Shown here: positions 17,122-29,100 of the stretch, one piece after another
Position numbering within the stretch: position 1 is the stretch's first letter
Layout: each line of letters starts with the position of its first letter
Assembly (NCBI GenBank): GCA_041629915.1
Contig: JBFKMJ010000001.1
Span: 1 to 55,907, forward strand
Length of the DNA stretch: 55,907 bases
Source of the DNA: Gallionella sp.
Lineage (GTDB): Bacteria > Pseudomonadota > Gammaproteobacteria > Burkholderiales > Gallionellaceae
Direction: 5' to 3'
Position numbers and translations under genes: made by a program
Notes under the pieces: model-generated
What the model was told of the DNA's origin: nothing
The model's database searches: none
Seen by the model: only the letters and a program-made list of their open reading frames with translations

Positions 17122-20100
17122 CCTCAAAATTGTCCACGGCAGTATTGAAGCGCAGCATTTCGGCAGTAATCCGATCCTCCACACTCCTGATTTTCTCCCT
17201 TGGCGCATCCTTCTCGATCAGTTCCCGCTTCTGCTTGCGCAGCTTGGCTATGATCTTGTCGGCATACCTTGCCCGCATTATCAACTTAGTCTTGGGGTTT
17301 TCCTTGCGGAACTCGTCGGTGGGCAAGTGATCCTCGCGCCGGCCTTTCAGTTCCATTTCAATCATGTTGATCTCTTTCAGGTTAGCGTAATACTTGGCGC
17401 CCTGGCTGGATTGGTTTTCCAGATTGCCGTAGAACCGCCCCACCAGCGGCATCTTGTGCGTCGGCAAGTCCTCGCCGGTGTAAATCGCTTGCCCGGTCTG
17501 CGCAAGTTTTGAGGTCTCGCGCCCCACGCCGCCCGTCACCTGCCCGATCAGGTAGTCTATCTGGTCGGCGGTCGGGCTGAACGTGCCCGGCGTGTAATCG
17601 GTGCCGCCGGTCGCGTAGTTGATGCCTTCCGCCATGAACTTCGACCATGCGCTTGCCGTGTCCTTGTTGCGCGTGAAGCCGGGGGTTGGGTCGAGCGAGC
17701 TGAAATCTTCCTTGTAGATCGTCTTGCCCGTCCAGTCCTTATTCGCTTCGAGCGCGGCAAACGGATCAAACGCGGTCGGCAGGACGGTCTGCATGGATAT
17801 TCCGGAGCTGCCCATCGGGTTGAAGGCTTCCGCGAACACACCCATCAAGCGGAACACATGATCAGCAGGCTTCTTGAATCCGCCCAGCGCGTACTCGGTG
17901 GCGATTCGCCCGACGTTCGGGATGGCGTGAAAGCCCAGCGGCATCGGGATGCTGATGTAGCGCTTGCCGCCCATCGCCCAGCCAATCGGGAAAATCAGGT
18001 TGCGCTCGCGTATGAATTCAGGCGGCTCGTCGTCGAACCCGGCAGCGGCCAGCGCCAAAGCCTGCATCACGCCCAACAACACCCCGCCCGCCACGATCTT
18101 CTGCCCGACCTTGGACAGGCGCAGCGTCTTGATGTCGCCGCCCTTCATATCAAATACGTTCTCGCCGATCCGCGCCGTGCCCTGCATCGCGGCATTGAAG
18201 AAAGCGTATAGCGCCCCGGCCTGCTGCCCGGACTGCCCCTTGCGGTTGAAGTTGACGGTGGTGTTCTTCGCCAAGCTGGCCGCCGCCTGTTTGGTCATGC
18301 CGTGATCGATGGCGGTCTTGTAGATTGCCAGCCGGGTCGAACCTTCCATCATCAGGTTGTAGTCGGACAGCCAGTCGAACAGCGGCGACGCCATATCCTG
18401 CGCCGTGGTCAGTGGCACTTTCAGCATCCCGCCAGCCGTGAACACCTTGCCCCACTTACTGTTCACCCAATTATGCGGGTCAAGTTCGTGCTCGATGGCC
18501 TTCGCCCTATCCTCGCTGTTACGGTACAGGTCGCGGTAGCCGGTCATGCCGCCGCTGTCCTGCAATTCTTCCCACAATCCAGCCCACTTCGATGTTGCTG
18601 GCGCGCCCTTGCGCTCGGCGCGTGCATCCAGATAGATGCCCTTTGCCGCCGACAGGACATGCCCCAGCACTACCTTCTGCTTGCCCGCTAAAGGCGTGGA
18701 GGTCAGATTGAGCGCCGCAGCCTGCACGTCGCGCACCAGGTTGGTCACGCCGAAGATCGGGTTGTATTGGGTGTTGATTGCGGAGAAGTAGCGGGTGATC
18801 TTGGCCGACACACCCAGCAATCCGCCAAGCTGTGTGGCGTCCAGGTTCTTCATCGACTCAGCCATGCGCACGGCGCGCTCGTCGTGCTCGTTGAAGATAA
18901 CCGCGCGCTCGTGAATTTGCCCGTTGCTGTCCTTGATCTTGGCGACCACTACGTTCGGTTTGCTCCTGAACGTCGGGTCGATACGCTCTTCCACCAGCCC
19001 GGTCTTCTCGTTCAACACGCGCTCGGTAGGGGGTTTGTCGAAAGACCAGAAATCCGGGTTCGGGTTGAGCTTTGCCAGCCCAGCCAGCGCCACGGCGACG
19101 CGGTTCTTCTCGCCCCGGACGATGGCCTTCTCGCGCTGCATGGCGATGTTGGCGAGGATGTCCACCACCTTGGCGGACGAGCCGGTGCGGTGCTTGACCT
19201 CTTTGCCTTTGATCGAAAAGCCCTGCCCGACGCCCATGCCGCCGTCGTGATCCTCGCGCATCAGCGGGACGTAGTGCTTGAACATTTGCGCCCAGCCGTC
19301 CACCTGGTCGCGCGATACCAGCCCGTAGGAGGCGTAATATTCGCGCGTCTTGGCGAGGATGGCGTCCACCCGTCTGGCCGTTGCTTCCAGTTGATTGCGC
19401 TTCGTGCCCTGCAGGTTGGCGAAGTAATCGTCCGCTTCCTGGTTGGTCATGCCCGAGCCGCCGTCGGGCATGTTCGGATCGCGGCTTGCGATCAGCGCGT
19501 TTGCTTCCTTGGCGTGGCGGGCGTGCAGATATGCGTCAAGTTCTTCCTGCTTCATTCCGCGCTGCGCCATCTCGATCATCATCGGCTTGAGCTCGGTGTT
19601 CACAAAGTCTTGCACGCGCTTGGCCGCCCTGCCGTGGAACAACTCCTCCTGAAGGTAGGCGTTCCACTGCTCGGCAACTTGCGCACCCGTTTCGCGGATC
19701 GCTTGCAGCACGCGCTTGAGGTCGATGTTTTTGTCCTGGAGCTTGTAAACCAGATCGTCGAACATCGAAGGTTCAGGCGAATCCCATGATGCGCGGTTGC
19801 CGGGTTGCCCTCCTTGAAGCGTGATATTGCCTTGGCGTGGAGGTTGCGCCGGTGGCTGCGCCGTGCCGGGGATGGGTTGCTGCTTGGGTGCGCTGGAGAA
19901 CAGCGGCGTGTCGCCCCACATCTCCTGCTCCAGTTTGACAAGATCGCTCTGATAGAGTACCTTGTAACTGCTCCCAGCGGCGGACTCACCACCAGTAGAA
20001 GCTCCTCGGGTGGACAGAGGGGTTTCGCTACCTCGGGAGTATTTCTTTTGCGCGACATTAAGCGCAATACGCACAACATCCGGTATTTTCTTCGTCGTGT

Positions 20101-23100
20101 CACGATAGATCAACTCGCCGCGCGACAGCCGCTTTGTCACTTCCTCCCATTTTGTGTTTGGCTCGTATGCGGTAACAATTAAAGTACGTTCACGCGATCC
20201 TGAGACTTCGGGGCGTAAGGCAATAAGAGTTGGCCTCCCTTCACGCAGCTCACCAATAATCACAATACTGTCGTTCTTGGTGTCGCTAAACATCATAGCG
20301 GGGCGACGCATCATGTCAGCCATCTGACCAAACATAGAGGCAGTTACAGCATGGTCATAGACCAACTTGTCTATTACTTTTGCCTTGATTGCAAGGGGGC
20401 TGTCCTTCCAGCCAAACAACTGCAAGCTGGCTGGTGTATTGTCAGCAAGGAGAATATTGCCATCGGCAGGAATATCGCCACTCAAGAATTTATTTACAGA
20501 TTCCTTGAACCGCGCGCTGATAACGTCAATCGCTTTCCATTCATGCGCGCGGCTTGCCATCACCCCATTTGACACGCCCGCCGTGTCATATCCTTGCTCC
20601 GCACCCTCAACCGCATCCTTCATCCGCCGGATCAAGCCCAGCACCTCTCCGTCGCTCACCTCTTCAACCGGCTTGCCGGTCACGCGACCAATGAAGTTTC
20701 TTACCGCATCCACCACCCGCTTAATCATGCCCAGCAGGTTGCTGCGCATCCCCATGGGAACCTTCACGCCATAGCGCTCCATAATGGCATCGACGTTGCC
20801 GGTGATGGTGGCCGCGGCCAGTTCGGCAATCGCCTCGTCGGTGTGCGTTCTCGTATCGAACGTTTCGCCGCGATCCGCCGCAATCGCCTGGGCGAGCTTC
20901 GCCACAAAGCCGTTCTTGGCGGCAAAGTTCAGCGCATCCACTACCGGGCTGCCCAGCATGCGGATTCCTCCGTGGCCTGCAACTTCATGGATTGCCACCC
21001 AGACGGCGCGCTCCGGCGATGCGAGGTTGTCCGCGATCAGGTAGACGGTTCTGGTCTTGGGGTCGTAAATGCCCTCCGAATCCTGGGCTATCGGCTTGGC
21101 TGCACGCAGAGCGCGCAGGTAAAGCTCGCTCGGGATTTCCTTGACCGACTGCACGATCCTGACTTGCTTGAAGCCATGCCAGCTTGCGCGCAGCTTGGCG
21201 GTGGCTTGCCTGACGGATTCGATGGTTTGCGGGGTGGCGTTGCTCGCACCGGCAAAAGAGTGAAGGCCATTGACAATATCCTGCTCAGTCTTTACAGTTG
21301 CACCTGAGCCTTGGCTGAGTGAACCACCTTTGGGCAATTGGAGCCCACTGCGTCGTACCCAATCAAGGCTTTTCTCTTGGTTTTGATAAAGCAAATAGCC
21401 TTTATTGATCCACGACTCAATCGCGCCAATCTCCTCTTTCCCATAAATACTGCCGATCCGGTTGACCGTCTGACGGCCTTCTTTGGCTGATAGATGAACG
21501 GCAGCAATAACTGGTGCGCCATTTTCATCCATCATTTCGGTCAGCACAACCAGTGAATTTTCTTCGCTTGCCGACTTGAACACCATCACTGGGTTTGCAA
21601 GCTCTTCTGGTAGAGCACGAATTGCATCCATCGAAACATGGTGCCTCACGCCATTGGTTGCCTTGCGCACCACGTCGCGCGAAACCTGGACGGGCAGATT
21701 GCTTGCTCCAAGCTCTTGCAGAACGGCAGGTGTAGAACCAACAGTGATCGGGCTGACAACGGACTTGAGCGACGACATCGCGGAATCAAGTGAAGCGCGG
21801 AATGATTCCGCTTCGGAACGGTTCGGCTTCAGCGCGCTGCTTACTTGCGCCTTGCTGTGCTTTGCCGTGATTGAAACGTCCTTATCGTCAAATATGACGT
21901 AGTTGTAGTTGCCGTCACCTTTGCTGCGGCTGCTGCCGTCGAGATATTTGATACCGCGGATGCCGATGGAGTGGAGGTATTTGCTGGCCTCCGCATCTAT
22001 CCAGTCACGCTCTTCCGATATATCCGCATACAAATCCTTCCCGAATTTTACTTGGTTCTTTTGATACTTCCCGTTAATTTTTATTTCATCTGGTTGCTCC
22101 GATACATCAACCCCTGCGCTGCCAAGCGCAGCCTTCACCTTTTCGCTCTGCTCGGAAAGCGGCTTGTCCCATAGCAGGTATTCATTTTCGTCTGGGGCTA
22201 GCTCAACTTGATAGAGTCGGCCTTTACTTACCGCCCACCCATCCGCTTCTAAAACATCCTTAACTAGTTTCGCGTCAGGCGAGGTTGCGTGTGTGCGTGG
22301 TTTGGCATCCCAACTTTTAGGGGTATTCCCAAACTGGTCGATCACTGTTTTTACAGTGACGTGCCACGCCTTATAATTGTCTCCATACTGTTGCGGGCTG
22401 AACGATACAACTTCATCCGTTCCGCTGTACCCTTTGACTTGTCGCCCAGGCTTGAAATACTCGTTGAGCAAATCAGTGCCCGCCAATTCTTTTCCGTTCT
22501 TGGTGGCGCGCAAGGTGGATATATCAGATCCGCTCGATAGCTTGGTTTTATACCACTCTGCAACATCCTTCGATCCTGCGAAATAAAGGCCGTGACCGTA
22601 TGCCTGATTCCCTTCACCTGCGCCAACGTACTCCATGTCGAACTTGTTGTGGTCATGCGGTGAGCCGTGCCAGGCGTCCATAAACGCAGGATCGGAATAG
22701 TGCCACTTGGCATTGAGCATCGAAGGCGGCGCACCCTCGCGCAGCTTGGCGAAGGTGGAAACGATCAGGTCGCGCGCATCTTTCTGTGCCGCATACTCCC
22801 GCCATGCCTGCGCCGCTTCCTTGAAGCCGAAGAAGTCGGCCAGCTTGGCGATCCATTCGGATATGGTGCGCTTGGCCTGCGCCAGCTTGGTGTTGTTCTG
22901 GTATCCGGTCGGCTCGGTCTGCATGATCTCGGCTAAGTCTGCCAGCGCTTCATCCACCGCACGGGCGCGCACATAGCCGTGCTTCTTGGTTTCGGCCAGC
23001 TTCTTTGCCTCGGCGGTCTGCATCCAGGCATTCGCCCTGTTTCGCACCCAACCGTCCTTCATGTACAGCTCGCCCATCTTGGCGATATACTGTTCCTCGG

Positions 23101-26100
23101 TCATAAAGCGGCGGAAGCCGAAATGGAGGAGTTCATGCCACAAGGTACGCACAACAGCAGCGCGGTCGGTCAGCCCATCACGGAACAGGTGGATGCGCCC
23201 GTTATAGACAGCACCGGAAGTTACCCCGTCATCGGCGCTTTCAATGCCAGCATCCCGCGCCGTGTCGCGGATCAGGACGGGTATTTCCGTGGCAAATGGT
23301 TCGAGAAGCTTGCTCGTTTCCTCTTCAAGCAGGCCGACTGACAACCATTCGGATTCCGGTATGGCATCGCCGGGCTGGGTGTTGAAGATTGCCACGCCCT
23401 TGTCGGTTTCCTTGGTCTGGACAGTCTTGAATAGTTTGTCGAATGCCGCGTTAATCGCCTCGCGCTCGCCGCCTTCCGGGTATGGCTTCATTCCCAGCGC
23501 GGCGTAATAGCGGTTCTCCACGCCATATACCAGGTAATCGCTCTGCTGTTTGCCCGATGTCAGCTTGTCAAAGATGTACGACTCAAACGCCCTTGCGCCC
23601 ATTTCTTCCGGCGTTGACCAGTAGTTTGATGCGCGATACCCGTCAATCTCTTTAGCCTCAAGGAAAAAGTCGGTGCGCCCTTGATAGGTTACTGTTTCAT
23701 CATCTTTGGCGTCGAGCTTGATCTTGCTTTCCTTGATTGCCTCGACTGGCCATATCAGTTGGCGGCCTGCGCTTTGCGGGTCTTGTCTCAAGAAGCTGCT
23801 GCCGCCCACCGCCTTGTAAATGGCGTTCATGTCGCGGATATGTGTACCGATATTGAAGCCCATCGCAAAACGCATTTTGCTTGGATTGTCGATATGGATT
23901 TGCTCGCCCTGATCGCCGTTGCGCAGCTTGTCGGCCAGCGCATCCCATTGTTTGAGCTGCGCTTCTGTGGCTGGCTTTTTACCTTCTTTCCACGGCGCTG
24001 TCAGCGTGCGGCGCAGGTCGTTAAGCTTGTAATCCAGGCTCTTCACCGCATCGTCCAGCCGCTTCTGCGCATTCTGGCGCACCAGGTTGGCATCGGTAGT
24101 TCTGGATTTTTCGGCGTAATTGATCGTCTTGATGACGTGCTTGATGGCTTCGGCCAGTTCTGCACGCATCGGTGATTTGCTGTTGTACTGAGCATTATTC
24201 GCCACCATGCTGCTGCCGGAATAACCGCTGCCTTTGGCAAAATAGTGGTCTACGCTGTGCCACCACTCATGAGAAAGACTGCCAGCACCGTTGATCTTGG
24301 TCAGGTTGATTAACCCCTTATCCGGCGCGTAGTGAGCGGCAGCAGAGGTTTTGCCGCCCTTGCCGTCCGCACCCAGCCCCAGCACCATATCGCCATTCAG
24401 GAACAGCGCTTTAGGCGGAATACCCAAGGTGTCGGCCAAGTCCATCAGCCCGTCATAGGCGTGGTTCGATAGCTCTTGCCCATCGTCGTTGACCGTCTCG
24501 TCAGCGTTCAGCAGCCAGTTGCCGTACACCACTCCGCCAGGCGCGAAGGTGTCAATGAACATCTGCTTGGTGACGGGCTTGCCGTTGCGCCGATCCGCAC
24601 CGGTGCGCTCGATCTTGTCCAGCCAAGGGCGTTCCGGGAACTCGAATTTATGCTCGATGATTTCCACCGGCTTGCTTGCGACGTGCTGCATCGCATCCTC
24701 GTAAGTGGCAAAACCGCCTTTCACCAGCGCGCGCTTCTTTCCCTCGGCCAGCAGGCGGTAGATTCCCCATTGCTTCGTTTTATCGGTGATGCTCTTCAGC
24801 GCGGCATCTTGCGTGCCGGGGGCATCGTAGGAATAAACTTTGTGATTGCGCGCCACCTCGACCAGCGGAATAGAATCAAGCGCCTCCTGCTCGGTAGCGA
24901 AGAATTGGCGGCTGACCAGTGCGACCGCACCCTTCATCTGCGCGGACTTCTTCATCACCTGCCACTTACCGATGTTCGGCTTATCCAAGTATCCGGCAGT
25001 TTCTTCAACCTGCATCACCATATATGGGCGCGCCCATGCCGGGCGATCATCCGCTTCTTTAGTCATGCGCGATCCGGTTGGTTTTGACTCGTCCTTGCGA
25101 ACCGACACCTTGCGCCCGAAGTCGCCTATCTTGGCTTCCTGCCCACGGCCTTGCAGCTCATTGACTGAAGTAACCGGCAATATGGCTATTTCGCTTTGCA
25201 CCGGCTCGATGGCATCCGCCTGCTCGATTGCGGCTTCCGCTTCTGCTGCGCGCTTCACTTCACTGACAGGTGCGGCTGCTGCGCTGGAGGGTTGCTCCGC
25301 CTTTGGTTCCTGGGGTGGCTTCCACCCTTCCGCCGCCAGTGCCTCTACCATATCGCCATTCTTCATAGTACCGATTGGCACCATGATGAACTTTTCGCCG
25401 TTGGTTAGATAACTCCGCTCCGACGAGGGGTGAATGGTAGGCCATCCACCAACAGACCCAGCTTTCGATGCCTCGCTTTTTTCATCCCAATACTTGGCGG
25501 CAGTAGCTTTATCGTCAAACTGCACGTCCGGCCTCGCGTAGTCGCGCTGCACGTCCAGCCGGGCATTCCTCTCTGCGTTCTGACGACGGCTCATTTCCGC
25601 GTCGATGTCTGACTGCGTGTATTCGGGGAATAGTTCGGTCGGGTGTGCAATACGCCCATCAGGCAGCGTGACGTGGTAGCGCACCATTGCCCCGGTGATG
25701 TCGGACTTCTCGAACAGCTCCGGCTGATAGGCGTAGCCCATGCGCTCGTTGCCGTTGCGGTCAAGCCCCTTGGATTCCTTCTCCGCGCCCTTGGTCTTGT
25801 AAACATCGACAAGCGTTTTCAGGACGGATTTTTTCTGCTCTTTGGTGAGTGCAGCGCCGACACTTCCGCGCTCGACTGGTGGTGTACCGGCATCAGGATA
25901 CGCCTTTTCCAGATCCTCCAGCGAATGCTTGCCGTCCTTAAAGTCGCGCATGATGTCCAGCCTGTCCTTGCCGGTGACGTTGGCGCGGTCTAGGATGGCG
26001 GTGGCTTGCTGCTCTTGGGCGGCCTGCATATCTGCGTCGGCCTTGGCTTTACCTGTTTGCTCAGCCGCAGCCGTCGCCCGTCCGTCAGGCGTGAACATGC

Positions 26101-29100
26101 CAGCTTGCGAGGTTTTGCCTTCGGTGCGCTCTTGGGTTTGTGCGGAAAGTGAAAGCGGTTGGTTGCGCGAATACTCGACCGCACGATCTACGGCAGCCTG
26201 ATCTTCGGCGGTGGTGTCCTGTGCGGCCTGCTCGCGCTTGGCGATGTCTGAGTTGGTGTAGCTGGTCAGCAGTGGCTCACGCGCGGCGAGTATGGCTGCC
26301 CGATTGTGCTTGCTGATGAACGTCCATCCGGCAACCTTTAGCTTGAGGCCGGCGTTGCTGATGGCTTCCTTGCGCTGGTCGGCAGTGAGTGAATCCCACC
26401 AGGATGGGTCGGTTACTTCTGTTTGTTCAGAAACTCTTTCGTTGGCGGCCCGGACTTCCTGAGCTGCGCCATGACCAGCTCGTCCTGTTTGGTCAGCGGT
26501 TCGTGGTTGAACATGCGCTTGAGCAGCGCCACGCCCGCCGGGCTGTCCCAAATTTTGCGTCCCTGTGGTGTCATCGCCGAATCTCCTTAAAACGTCCTGA
26601 CGGGTCACGCTCTCGCCGCCAAACATATCGCCGGCAGCCTTGTGTGCTGCGCCTGTTGCGGCAATGTTCGCCGCATCATTCAGTGTTTCCGTGATGCGCC
26701 TGGCTGAGCGGACGTTTCTGGCAAACATATCCAGCACAATCTGCACACCGTCAGAATGCACTATATCACGCTGCGATGCAAGTTTTGTGACAGACACACC
26801 CTGCCGTCCGGCGTTCACTACCGCCTTGGCCGCCTCGATAATCAACGGGCGAATATCCAGATCGCCGGCACCTTCCAGTTTCATCATGGCCGGCGCGGCA
26901 TTGGACAGTGCGGCAATGACCGTTCTGGCTTCCGGTTCGGTGGACTGCACCGCCAGCTCTACCAGCTCTTCGCTGCCATAAGCCTGGTACAGGCTTGCCC
27001 CCAGCACGCGATCTACCGCCTGTTTGGTCGGAATGCCATTGGGTGCAAGGTTCTGTCGCTCGCTTTCCGGCATGGCCTGGATGAAACCACGCATCGCCTC
27101 GGTAGTCGGCGTGCCATTGTCATTGAAGGTCAATGCGGCTATGTCGATACGGTTGGCATCGTTGCGTGCCTGTTCCACGGCGGATAGCCCCAATGTCCCG
27201 GTGGTATTGCTCTCGTCACCGATGGTTTCGGTTATATGCTCAGGGCTGATCAGGCGCACCAGCACCGGCTTGTCCATGCCTTGTATCGCGTCTGCGCTGA
27301 TGCCGTGCACGCTCTCTGCCCCAGCGATGGCATCCTTGTATTGCTGTGCCGTGCCATTGTTGAAGGCTTCCATTACGCCGGCAGTGCGGCCATTGGTGAT
27401 GGCGGTCAGTTTGTCGGTGTTGGTAGCATATTCAGGGTTGCGCGATCCGTCCGCGAAGTTAGATGCGGCCAGTTGATCTGCCTCGACCACGGCATACCGG
27501 AACGGTATCTCACGCTTCCCGGTGACAACAACATCCTCATTGCCAACATGCCGGGCGATGCCCTTGTTTTCCAGATCAGTGACGACCGGCGCACCGTTTT
27601 CCATGGTGGGCGATGCCATCAGCAGGCGCGGGTTCGGCTTGGCCGCAATGGCCTGCATCTGCAATACGGATGCCTTGCTGTCGCGGTTGCGGTTTTGCAG
27701 GGCTTTGGCTATCGCATTTTCTGGTTGATTAACCCCTTCTTGTGCTCCGGCAATTTCAACCCCTTGCTGGACTTGTCCCACTCCCTGACCTTCCGCTTGC
27801 CGCCCAGGGCTTTCTGTCCCGACTTGGTGTGCGCCCATTTCCGCTGCGCTTCCGACTGGTATGGCATGTTGCTCTCCTATTGTCTCGCCTGTCCCTGCAA
27901 CGACTGGTGCAACTGCACCCGGTACCACAGCTCTTCCATGTGCTCCGGGTAATTCAGCACCTTCCCGTCGCAGTGTTGCAGGATCATGTCGAAGAACAGC
28001 ATCTGCTGCGCTTCCGACTGGCTCAATATCCCGTCCTTGAGGGACGACCGTATCCAGGCCTGTTGTTGCAGCGGCAGCAGTTGGGCTGACATCGGGCGCT
28101 CCTTGTGTGGTTTCGTTCAGCAGGGTGTCGGCGGAATTGAGTATCTCGTCGATGGATGCGTCCACGCCGGGATCGGCAGAGGGTGGCGCGGACCGAATGG
28201 TTGTGTCGAGGTTTTGGGTGGGTGCGGCGGGTTGTTCCTGCGGCTTGGATAGCACACCGCCGACAACAGCCATACCTCCACCGCCTACACCGCCTAGTCC
28301 AGCCGCATCAATAGCATGTCTCTGCGCTTCCGCTGACTGGTTGAATGGCAGGATGTTGGCTTCCTTGCCTTGTCCGTATTCTTCCCATCCGGTTTGCAGA
28401 TACTCTGTCCCTGCCTCTGCTGGTATGGCTGCCGTTGCCGCCAAGCCCGTGCGAGTTGCCTTGCCAGAAAGGCCAGTCATTGCTCCAGCAGGACGAAACA
28501 GCTTGGTTTTGCCAAGCATAATATCCACGCCAAGCTTATCTCCGGCGAATTCAAGCAAGCCTGCCGCACCGACGGCGCCAAGTCCCTTGGCTATCTCCGC
28601 ACCCGTTAGTGGCGTACCTCTTTCCACGGACTGCTCGGCAAGCCCACCGCCAATTTCACCAGCCTCCATCCCAAAGGCTTGAACCCCGACACCGGCAATT
28701 TGCCCGATCTTGCCGGCAACATTGACTACAGCCATCTTGCTTACTTGATCGGCGGCAAGCGCCGCGCCTTCTTTTGTTCCCACAATCCTTGCTGCTTCCT
28801 TGGCAACCATCTTTGATGCAAGATGCTGGACGGTGCCCTTCAGTGTGGCCTTGCCAACCATAGAGCCAATACCGGCGGATGCAAGCGCCTCAAGTGCCTG
28901 CACGCCGCCATAACCAATGCCGTATTGAAGCCAGTCCGCCATTGCGCCATAGTCGCCTTCCTTGGTAGCGCGCTCCCATGAGTAGGTAAGCGAGTCGGTC
29001 AGCTTGCTATCCTTCGCTATATCCGCACCGATCTCTTGGTATTTCTTCACGCCATAGGCTTTCAGGTCAGATGCCATGCCGCCTTCGCCAAAGGCGGATT